Assembly: GCA_046542995.1 (NCBI GenBank) | Contig: JBKHAH010000003.1 | Location: forward strand, 15,566 to 79,565 | Origin: Bacteroidales bacterium | GTDB taxonomy: Bacteria; Bacteroidota; Bacteroidia; Bacteroidales; Tenuifilaceae | Direction: 5' to 3' | DNA length: 64,000 nt | Shown: positions 30,880-39,101 of the stretch, piece by piece | Position numbering within the stretch: position 1 is the stretch's first letter | How the letters are laid out: each line of letters starts with the position of its first letter | Notes under the pieces: model-generated | What the model saw: the letters and a program-made list of their open reading frames with translations, nothing else | Databases searched by the model: none | What the model was told of the DNA's origin: nothing | Position numbers and translations under genes: made by a program

Positions 30880-33729
30880 CTATCCTTTTATTAAAACAAA
30901 GCCGGCCCAATCTAGCGGAAGAAAACCTCTCTCAATGCATTCTATTTTTGCAAACCGAAGGGCCTCAGCGTATGATTTACCCTGAAGCAAGTGCCTGTAG
31001 AAGGCAAGCATTAAATCCTTGGTTCTCTCATCGTGTACCTTCCAAAGCGATGCAATAATATTTGGTACTCCCGAGTAGATGAATCCGCGTGGTAGTGCCA
31101 TTATCCCTTCGCCTTCCATAACATCTCCTGTGCCAGTTTTACAGGCAGAAAGAACTACCAAATCGGCACTCACATTATGTTTATATAGTTCTGGTAGCCT
31201 AAGGTAGCTCTCATCAAATTCTGCTTCGGATGGAAGCGCAAAAACCAGACCGCTAGTGTTAGTGGTGTTACTTATGCCATGAGTAGCTATATGTAGAATG
31301 TTATATTTATCCAGATTTGTTTCAAAATATTCTTTTGTTGCCGTGTTTCCGGTCACCTTATTGTTTCCCTGTTTATTTAATTCGAACAGGGATACAATTT
31401 CCTCCACCTCTTTTACAGAGTGTGGCAGCGCTACCATACTGGTTCTATCGGTGGTTGTTCTAAATATATCTAGCGTGTCAATAGCAGACTGAGTTACCAG
31501 TGCTGTTGTAATGGGTTGATTACTGCTGAATTCAGGAGCCATTGCAAGAATATTCATCTCCATTACCCTTGGGGTTTTCTCAAACCCTTTAGCTGAGTAG
31601 TAGTATGAAATGCTGTGATTGCTGATTAGGAGTTCACCAGACTTGTTCATAAACATTTCAAAAGGTATCTCCATAAGCTTATCGTCAGCTAAAATATGCA
31701 GATCGCTTACTCCTTTTAATTGACTTTCAATGGGAGATATTAGCTTATTGTAAAAGAGTTTTTGTGATACCTTGGCATCCGCTCCAGTTTTTATATCGCG
31801 CGTAAATAGCCTTATGCTCTGAGAAAAATCATTGAAAGATACTGAGCGTATCGTTGAATTATCCTTAGTGTAACAAATAACGAAAATTGAATCGCCTTTT
31901 GCAAAGTACTGAATTATTGCATCGCTACTTTCGATTTGCGATTTAACCTGCTCATTTACTCCCCGATTATCCATAAACTCAATAGCTGATTGGTAATCAT
32001 CAGTTAGGTTAACTTTGGCACGGTATAGAGCCGATTTAAGCTTAAAGAGTCTTTCATTTTGAACGGCATTGCTCGTTTCATTCTCAAGGTTTGAAATCTC
32101 AACAGAAAGTTCGCTAATATCTTTTAAGATGCCGCTGTTTTCATGGGTTGCATAATGATTTGCAATCTGTTTCTGAAAGTTTAGGTTGAATGTTCTGGGA
32201 CTATCTGAATAGATGAATGCCGTATCAATGTATGTTGCATTGTATTTTGAAAGATGATAAGAGGCGAAAAGACCGTAGTACGATGTTTCTTTCAGGTGTT
32301 TGCTTGTTTCCATTAACAAACGTTCATCGGCAATTCCACTAAAATGGTATTTAATAATAGTGTTGACGTAGTTTACCAGCTGTAAAATTGTTTCAGCTAT
32401 TTCATCATCTGGGCTATCTTGTGCCAGCAATCTGTAGCTTTCAAGCATTTCTATTATTATATCTCGTAAATAGGGTAGATAGAGCTTCTGAAAGTTTTCA
32501 GGGGGCAAAAGTTTTAAATCATCATCTATTGTTGTGTACTCATTTGCAGCAATTGATATTAGGGTTTTCTCATAGTAGGAAATCGCTTCGTTATACTGCC
32601 CTTTTGCAGCCAGCACATCTGCTTTGTCAAGGTAGTAGTTTACCAGGTATGGCGATAAGGGGGTTCCTACAATATCAAGATACATTTGATTAAAAGTCTC
32701 AAGATGCGAAAGGGCCTCGTCGTAATTCTCCTGCATCCTGTACATCATGCTCTCGTAATATACGGCCAGGCCTTCAGATACAGCCGGATTTGGGAAACCA
32801 GGAATTTCTTCTCTCATTTCTTTAAGATAATCACTGGCTTTCTCATATTCACCCAGCCTAATTAACGATTCAATAATTGTTGTGTATCGTGTATGCCTGT
32901 TAAGAAATTTAAAGTCGCTTAAATCCTGATTCTGAAGTAGCAGCTCATTGGATTTTTTACTGTGCTTAAAGGCGTTTTCATAATCAGAATTTTGCAAGTA
33001 GTAGCGGCCAATATTTGCATGAAGCATAATTAGGTCGCTTAAATACTTGTCCTTTCCCTTAATAATATCCTTAGCTCTTAAAAGGTACTCTATGGCTATT
33101 TCGGGGTCATGACTGGCAATTTCGGACCCAATTACTGTATAGAGGTCTGAAAGGGAAGTAGAGTCAACATCAAATTCGTTTTGACAAGCATCCCAATGTT
33201 CCCAGGCCTTGGTGTATTCCCCAATTTTGTAGTATCGCGAACCAATATCTCGGTTAATGATAAACCCAAAGCGTTGATATTTGCTTGGCGAGTAATTGCC
33301 AAGAAATTTCTTATACCAGTTTATTTTCTGCTGAATATCTTCAGCTAATATTGCCATGTTATAGTTTGAAATCAGCATTTCAATATGGCCAACTGGGATA
33401 TTCCCTTTGGCGGTTTCAATGGCTGTGCTGAGAATGCTTTCTGCTTCGCCTCTCTTCCTCTCCATGTAGAGCCAGTATGAGTATTCGTTGGCCACAAAAA
33501 GGTAGTTTTCAAAATCGCTGTTTTCTAGCCGAATCTCCTGATGCTCATGATAGAGGCTATCAGCCTTTTCAAAGTTACCATTTCTAAGTACCTCGTAAGG
33601 GGCATTCCATGTAGTATCGGAGGGCGGCGTTCTGTATTCTGAGAATACAATCTCTGGACTTGTTTGGCTAAAGACCGAAAAGCAAAGGCAAATAAGCGAT
33701 GAAAGGATTAATGATTTTCTTAATAGCAT
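30880..33729 (-). CDS. Secreted TPR-repeat / CHAT-domain (caspase-like) protein
   Basis: 949 aa. Signal peptide MLLRKSLILSSLICLCFSVFSQ, long TPR-like helical repeats, C-terminal CHAT with His (HIATHG) and Cys (LSACKTG) dyad. Confidence 0.85.
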   Translation of the reverse strand: MLLRKSLILSSLICLCFSVFSQTSPEIVFSEYRTPPSDTTWNAPYEVLRNGNFEKADSLYHEHQEIRLENSDFENYLFVANEYSYWLYMERKRGEAESILSTAIETAKGNIPVGHIEMLISNYNMAILAEDIQQKINWYKKFLGNYSPSKYQRFGFIINRDIGSRYYKIGEYTKAWEHWDACQNEFDVDSTSLSDLYTVIGSEIASHDPEIAIEYLLRAKDIIKGKDKYLSDLIMLHANIGRYYLQNSDYENAFKHSKKSNELLLQNQDLSDFKFLNRHTRYTTIIESLIRLGEYEKASDYLKEMREEIPGFPNPAVSEGLAVYYESMMYRMQENYDEALSHLETFNQMYLDIVGTPLSPYLVNYYLDKADVLAAKGQYNEAISYYEKTLISIAANEYTTIDDDLKLLPPENFQKLYLPYLRDIIIEMLESYRLLAQDSPDDEIAETILQLVNYVNTIIKYHFSGIADERLLMETSKHLKETSYYGLFASYHLSKYNATYIDTAFIYSDSPRTFNLNFQKQIANHYATHENSGILKDISELSVEISNLENETSNAVQNERLFKLKSALYRAKVNLTDDYQSAIEFMDNRGVNEQVKSQIESSDAIIQYFAKGDSIFVICYTKDNSTIRSVSFNDFSQSIRLFTRDIKTGADAKVSQKLFYNKLISPIESQLKGVSDLHILADDKLMEIPFEMFMNKSGELLISNHSISYYYSAKGFEKTPRVMEMNILAMAPEFSSNQPITTALVTQSAIDTLDIFRTTTDRTSMVALPHSVKEVEEIVSLFELNKQGNNKVTGNTATKEYFETNLDKYNILHIATHGISNTTNTSGLVFALPSEAEFDESYLRLPELYKHNVSADLVVLSACKTGTGDVMEGEGIMALPRGFIYSGVPNIIASLWKVHDERTKDLMLAFYRHLLQGKSYAEALRFAKIECIERGFLPLDWAGFVLIKG

Positions 33730-33813
33730 AATGTAAGTTAATTTAGGAACCAGTAAAATATCGAACTAAAATAGATGAAAAATGGAAGAAGTGCAAACCG
33801 AGCATTTAGCGCA

Positions 33814-33846
33814 TAAAAAAAGCCACCTAATTAGGCAGCTTTTTTT
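33814..33846 (-). terminator. Rho-independent terminator of tsf
   Basis: On the minus-strand RNA: AAAGCUGCC-UAAUUA-GGUGGCUUU (two G-U pairs) followed by a U7 run. Confidence 0.65.
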
Positions 33847-33864
33847 GAAGTGAGTAATTCTACT

Positions 33865-34695
33865 CTATGCGTTAAGAGATACTCTTTTAAATCCAAGTAC
33901 TTTAAGATCTTTATTAGCGCTTTTTAAGTAATCCGCAACTTTCATCTTACCGTCCTTAATAAAATCCTGATTCATTAGGGTGCTCTCCTTGTAAAACTTC
34001 TGAAGTTTACCTTGAGCAATTTTATCAAGGATGTTTTCAGGTTTCCCTTCTTGGCGAGCCTGCTCACGTCCAATCTCATACTCCTGCTTCTTGATGTTCT
34101 CAGGAACATCATCTGCATCAACGGCAACTGGGTTCATGGCAGCTACCTGCATGGCAACGTCTTTGGCTACTTGCTCATCAACATCAGCCTGATTAAATGC
34201 AACTAATGTTGCAAGCTTATTTCCAGGGTGGATATATCCAATAACTTTTTCGCCATTAATCTTTTCGTAGAAAGATAGTTCGAACTTCTCACCTGTAATG
34301 CCTGATTGGTCAAGCACAAGGTCTTGAATTTTTCTGCCATCAATTTCAATTGCTTTTAAAGCATCAAGATCGGTAGGAGCATTCTCAAGAGCTGCGTCAA
34401 GAATTTTGTTTGTTAGTCCAACAAAATCGTCGTTTTTGGCTACAAAGTCGGTTTCGCAATTCAGTACAACAATGGCACCAAATTTACCATCGGCAGTGGT
34501 TGCAGCAAGGGCAGCGCCTTCACCTGCTTCGCGATCGGCACGCTTATTCGCAATTGCCTTGCCACGCTCTCTAATGAATTCAATTGCTTTATCTAAATCG
34601 CCGTTAGATTCTACCAGAGCTTTCTTGCAATCCATCATACCTGCTCCGGTAATCTTTCTGAGTTTAGCTATATCTGCTGTTTTTACTTCGGACAT
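33865..34695 (-). CDS. tsf: Translation elongation factor Ts
   Basis: 276 aa. LRKITGAGMMDCKKAL UBA-like N-terminus and EF-Ts dimerisation core. Confidence 0.95.
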   Translation of the reverse strand: MSEVKTADIAKLRKITGAGMMDCKKALVESNGDLDKAIEFIRERGKAIANKRADREAGEGAALAATTADGKFGAIVVLNCETDFVAKNDDFVGLTNKILDAALENAPTDLDALKAIEIDGRKIQDLVLDQSGITGEKFELSFYEKINGEKVIGYIHPGNKLATLVAFNQADVDEQVAKDVAMQVAAMNPVAVDADDVPENIKKQEYEIGREQARQEGKPENILDKIAQGKLQKFYKESTLMNQDFIKDGKMKVADYLKSANKDLKVLGFKRVSLNA

Positions 34696-34731
34696 ATTGT
34701 TGATTTTTATTAAGTTATCACTAACTGTTGA

Positions 34732-35634
34732 CTAGTTCTTTTCTTCAGCACCTTTTGTTTCAGCAGGTTCTTCCTTCGAAGGCTCTTCCTTTTTTGCCTC
34801 TACCTTTGTAGGCTCTTCCTTCTTCTCTACGGTTTTTTCAGGAGCTTTTGCTGCTTTAGCTGTAGTTTTCCTAGCCCTGGTGCGTGTTGTTTTTTCCTTA
34901 CCCTCATCGCTTCCTTTGGGAGCATCCTTCTCTTTATCCTTCTCGTTCTTTCTTTCGTCTAACCCTTCCTCAATGGCTTTTGCCATTTTGTCAATTACAA
35001 GTGATATAGATTTAGATGCATCGTCGTTTGATGGTATAACAAAGTCGATTGGAGTTGGATCACAGCAGGTATCAACCATTGCAAATACCGGGATATTCAA
35101 TTTTTTTGCTTCTCTTACGGCGATGTACTCTTTCTGTACGTCAATAACAAAAAGGGCTGCAGGTAATCTGTTTAAGTCAGCAATTGAGCCCAGCAATTTT
35201 TCCAGCTTTGCTCTTTGACGGGTAATTTGAAGGCGTTCGCGTTTTGATAGGTTAGTAAAAGATCCCTCAGAAAACATCTTATCAATAGAGACCATCTTCT
35301 TTACAGCCTTGCGAATGGTAGGAAAGTTGGTTAGCATCCCACCTGGCCAGCGCTCGGTAACGTATGGCATGTTAATCTGCTTAATTCTCTCGGCAACAAT
35401 GTCTTTAGCTTGCTTTTTTGTGGCAACAAAAAGAATTTTTTTGCCTGATTTAGCAATTTGCTTCAGGGCCGAAGCAGCCTCGTCTATCTTAACGGCTGTT
35501 TTTTGAAGATCGATAATGTGAATCCCGTTACGCTCCATAAAAATGTATGGAGCCATTTTTGGATTCCATTTACGTTTTAGGTGACCAAAATGAACACCTG
35601 CATCTAGCAATTCTTTAAAATCTGTTCTTGGCAT
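34732..35634 (-). CDS. rpsB: 30S ribosomal protein S2 with about 75-aa K/E-rich C-terminal tail
   Basis: LLDAGVHFGH, RWNPKM, VTERWPGGMLTN motifs. Start at MPRTDFKEL; longer ORF reaches 35700. Confidence 0.95.
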   Translation of the reverse strand: MPRTDFKELLDAGVHFGHLKRKWNPKMAPYIFMERNGIHIIDLQKTAVKIDEAASALKQIAKSGKKILFVATKKQAKDIVAERIKQINMPYVTERWPGGMLTNFPTIRKAVKKMVSIDKMFSEGSFTNLSKRERLQITRQRAKLEKLLGSIADLNRLPAALFVIDVQKEYIAVREAKKLNIPVFAMVDTCCDPTPIDFVIPSNDDASKSISLVIDKMAKAIEEGLDERKNEKDKEKDAPKGSDEGKEKTTRTRARKTTAKAAKAPEKTVEKKEEPTKVEAKKEEPSKEEPAETKGAEEKN

Positions 35635-35741
35635 TTTAAATGTTTTAGTTTGTAAATAAAATGTGGCAATCACCTGGTAGTTTCGTGTTCGAAAGTCCAA
35701 GCAATTTACAGCGAAAGCTGTTTGCCAAAGATTGATAAATA

Positions 35742-36128
35742 TTAACGCTTGCTGAACTGGAATTTCTTCCTTGCCTTAGGTTGCCCTGGCTTCTTACGTT
35801 CCACTTCGCGTGGGTCACGTGTCATAAAACCATTCGACTTAAGGAGTGTTTTATTTTCGGGGTTTATCTCAACAAGAGCGCGTGATACACCAAGACGAAG
35901 TGCTTCTGCTTGTCCTTTTACTCCACCGCCATCAAGGTTAGCCTTAATATCGTAGCTACCTAGTATGTTAAGAACTTCGAGAGGTTGTTTTACCACGTAC
36001 TGCATAAGTTCCGAAGGGAAATATTCCTTTAGATCTTTACCATTTATGGTGATATTCCCTTTACCTTCTTGAAGGTAAACGCGTGCTACAGCATTTTTTC
36101 TTCTCCCCGTTGCATTGAATACCTGCAT
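35742..36128 (-). CDS. rpsI: 30S ribosomal protein S9
   Basis: 128 aa. GGGVKGQAEA...RDPREVERKKPGQPKARKKFQFSKR. Confidence 0.95.
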   Translation of the reverse strand: MQVFNATGRRKNAVARVYLQEGKGNITINGKDLKEYFPSELMQYVVKQPLEVLNILGSYDIKANLDGGGVKGQAEALRLGVSRALVEINPENKTLLKSNGFMTRDPREVERKKPGQPKARKKFQFSKR

Positions 36129-36133
36129 AATTT

Positions 36134-36589
36134 CTATTTAATTGAATTTAACTTTAATTCTTTTGGTTTTTGCGCTTCGTGCTTGTGCTCTGGCCCTGCG
36201 TAAACATGTAGGTTGCCATAGAGCTTAGAACCCAAACGATTTTTTGGTAGCATCCCTTTTACTGCGTGTTCAACAACTGCAGTGGGCTTGCGAAGTAGCC
36301 AGTCTTTTGGAGTTGCACTACGCTTACCACCTGGATACCCAGTGTGGTGGTAGTAAAGCTTCTCGGTTAGCTTGTTACCCGTTAGTCGTACTTTTTCTGC
36401 ATTAATAACAATTACATTGTCACCGCAGTCGACATGTGGGGTGTAGTTGGGCTTGTGCTTGCCTCTAATAAGCTTTGCAACTTTACTAGCCAGACGGCCC
36501 AATACTTCGTTCGTAGCATCAACAACTATCCACTCTTTATTTACCGTGGCGTCGTTGGCTGAAACTGTTTTGTAACTAAGTGTGTTCAC
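36134..36589 (-). CDS. rplM: 50S ribosomal protein L13
   Basis: 151 aa, GTG start. WIVVDATNEVLGRLAS, HTGYPGG motifs. Confidence 0.95.
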   Translation of the reverse strand: MNTLSYKTVSANDATVNKEWIVVDATNEVLGRLASKVAKLIRGKHKPNYTPHVDCGDNVIVINAEKVRLTGNKLTEKLYYHHTGYPGGKRSATPKDWLLRKPTAVVEHAVKGMLPKNRLGSKLYGNLHVYAGPEHKHEAQKPKELKLNSIK

Positions 36590-36661
36590 GTTATAAACTC
36601 CTCTGTTTTAAGTTAATACCTTTTCTTTTACGTGATCCAAACGTATATAATAAGCGGGTTG

Positions 36662-36669
36662 CAAAAATA
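36662..36669 (-). promoter_or_regulatory. Candidate -7 box (TATTTTTG on minus strand) for the rplM-rpsI-rpsB-tsf cluster
   Basis: Plus strand CAAAAATA about 73 nt upstream of the rplM GTG. Confidence 0.35.
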
Positions 36670-36833
36670 CAGCATTTTATTTAAACTGCAACATAAACAG
36701 GGAATTAATTTTTATTTTATGGAAGAGTTTTCAAAATTTTCCTATCAAAATTCTTTTGATATTTTTGTTTTCTAGAGATTTTTATTTTGCATTGCTTATT
36801 TTTACGCACAATATTTTGTTTACCGTGGATACC

Positions 36834-38426
36834 ATGCTAAAGGAACGAATTCATAGATACATTTTCTTATTAGCCATTGGGCTTTGCCTTGTTAGCCTTC
36901 CATTTTCTCGCTTTACGTTAACCCTCTCTTTGATACTGCTTACTGCAAATTGGCTTATTGAAGGCAGCTGGTTGTATTGGAAGAACATAAAAAGTACACC
37001 TGCTATACTTATTTTTCTCCTAATCTATCTTGCTCTCATATTTGGGTTGTTCTATTCAGATAATATTGATTATGCTCTTGCGGATTTAAGATTGAAGCTA
37101 CCATTGTTAATTGTTCCTTTAATTTTTGCAACATCGCCGCCGTTATCAAGTGAGGAGCGCCAGTACATTATATCCTTATTTTGCTTTTCAGTATTTGTTG
37201 CTACAGCGATAAGTTTTGTTATCTACGTGCAAAATTTCTCGCTTGGGAGCAGTAACGTTCGCGAAATCTCCCCATTTATATCACATATTCGATATGCAAT
37301 CATGATAAGTATTGCCATAGCTTTATTACTTTGGTATGCTATGAAGGAAAAGAGAAAGTTTGTTGCTGGTGCTTATGTGGTTTTAGCCTTATGGTTAATA
37401 TTTTTCATTTTCGTGCTTCAGTCATTAACAGGGATGGTGTTATTAATGTTTGTAGCATGGGTTTTTGCAGTAGCGCTCGTGCTAAGGATCAATATAAAGT
37501 ACTTGAAATGGTCTTTCATACTCCTTATTGTTATCTTATCCTTTTTTCCACCCTTTTATATATACAGTAAAACGATTGATTATTTCTCAAATAGAGAGGA
37601 TGTTGCAGTTGATACCTTACCTAAATATACTGTTAATGGGAACAAGTACGCCCACCATAAAAACCCTAAACAGTACGAAAACGGTAACCTGGTTTGGATA
37701 AATGTATGCTGGGAAGAGTTAGAGCAGGAGTGGAACAGAAGGAGTAAATTAACTTTTGATGGAAACGACAGACTTAGTCAACCCCTTTACAGCACCTTAA
37801 TTAGATACATGACATCAAAAGGATTTAAAAAGGATTCTGCCGGTGTTTGGAAACTTGATACCACTGATATTAGGTTGATTGAGGACGGAGTGACTAGCGT
37901 TGTTTACAAAGATCATAAGCTGGGCGTTTACCCTAGATTGTATCAGGTTCTTTGGGAGGTTGACCAGTATCTTTCCTTTGGTAAGGTTAGCGGAAGTTCC
38001 GTTGTGCAACGTATAGTATTTATTGATATTGCCATAGGAATTATAAAAAATAACTTTTGGTTTGGTGTTGGAACAGGCGATTTAAATGATGCGTTTACAA
38101 GCTATTATCGGACTAATGATGTGAATATCTCTGAGGATTTCTGGTACCTTTCACATAATCAGTTTTTAACCCATTGGGTGCAGGTTGGTTTTCTGGGGCT
38201 GCTCCTGTTTGCATTTGGCTGGTTTTTGCCAATTTACTTGTTGCGAAAGAAGTTAGATTTTATAACAATTATAGTTTTTGGCATCCTAACATTATCGATG
38301 CTTAATGAGGATACTTTTCAAACTCACATAGGCGTTTCAATGGTTGGGTTGTTTTATGGAATCTTTGTTTTTGGCTCTTCAAAACCTAATGTTAAATCAG
38401 AGGATTGGTATGCCCCAAAGAATTGA
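36834..38426 (+). CDS. O-antigen ligase (Wzy_C)-family membrane protein
   Basis: More than 10 TM helices and a large loop. SHNQFLTHWVQVGFLGLLLF resembles the Wzy_C core. Start at MLKERIH; ORF-track TTG at 36756. Confidence 0.65.
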   Translation: MLKERIHRYIFLLAIGLCLVSLPFSRFTLTLSLILLTANWLIEGSWLYWKNIKSTPAILIFLLIYLALIFGLFYSDNIDYALADLRLKLPLLIVPLIFATSPPLSSEERQYIISLFCFSVFVATAISFVIYVQNFSLGSSNVREISPFISHIRYAIMISIAIALLLWYAMKEKRKFVAGAYVVLALWLIFFIFVLQSLTGMVLLMFVAWVFAVALVLRINIKYLKWSFILLIVILSFFPPFYIYSKTIDYFSNREDVAVDTLPKYTVNGNKYAHHKNPKQYENGNLVWINVCWEELEQEWNRRSKLTFDGNDRLSQPLYSTLIRYMTSKGFKKDSAGVWKLDTTDIRLIEDGVTSVVYKDHKLGVYPRLYQVLWEVDQYLSFGKVSGSSVVQRIVFIDIAIGIIKNNFWFGVGTGDLNDAFTSYYRTNDVNISEDFWYLSHNQFLTHWVQVGFLGLLLFAFGWFLPIYLLRKKLDFITIIVFGILTLSMLNEDTFQTHIGVSMVGLFYGIFVFGSSKPNVKSEDWYAPKN

Positions 38427-38925
38427 TGAAAAATTTTTTACCCGTGATGTTTTGGATGTTGCTCCAGATTTACTGGGGAATGTTTTAGTAAGAAGAACAG
38501 AGAATGGGAATATGAGCAGGCACATTATTACTGAGGTAGAGGTTTACAGGGGCGAGGATGATTTAGCTTGTCATGCTTGCAAAGGCAGAACAAAAAGAAC
38601 GGAGATGATGTTCGCCAAAGGGGGTTGCTTATATATATATCTAATATATGGAATCCACTGGATGATGAATATTGTTACGGGAGGGGAGGGAAATCCTCAG
38701 GCTGTATTAATTAGAGGTCTGGATGTGTTTGATGGTCCGGGTAAGTTAACAAAGGGTTTAAATATTGATAAAAGTTTTAATGGCGAGTTATTAGTAAGCT
38801 CACAGAGGGTTTGGGTTGAACCGGCAAACCAGAAGTATCAAGTTTTTACAGGTCCAAGAATTGGAATAGATTACGCTGGTGATTACTGGGCAAAAATCCC
38901 CTGGCGTTACTGGATAAATTTTTAG
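38410..38925 (+). CDS. DNA-3-methyladenine glycosylase (AAG/MPG family)
   Basis: FFTRDVLDVAPDLLGN, EVEVYRGEDDLACHA, GGCLYIYLIYGIHWMMNIV. Start at MPQRIDE, overlapping the preceding gene by 17 nt. Confidence 0.85.
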   Translation: MPQRIDEKFFTRDVLDVAPDLLGNVLVRRTENGNMSRHIITEVEVYRGEDDLACHACKGRTKRTEMMFAKGGCLYIYLIYGIHWMMNIVTGGEGNPQAVLIRGLDVFDGPGKLTKGLNIDKSFNGELLVSSQRVWVEPANQKYQVFTGPRIGIDYAGDYWAKIPWRYWINF

Positions 38926-39101
38926 ATATTTTTCAGCATTGCAATTGTATGTGATTACTAAATGTCTTGTTTTCAGATTGTGCTGTTTTTTTTTGCCTCG
39001 TAATTTTTTGATACCCACGCATTCCTCCCCAATGCTGCTATTTTGAGGTTTAACGTATTGTAGTTATTACCTTTTTTACAGTTACATTCACTTAATGCTG
39101 C

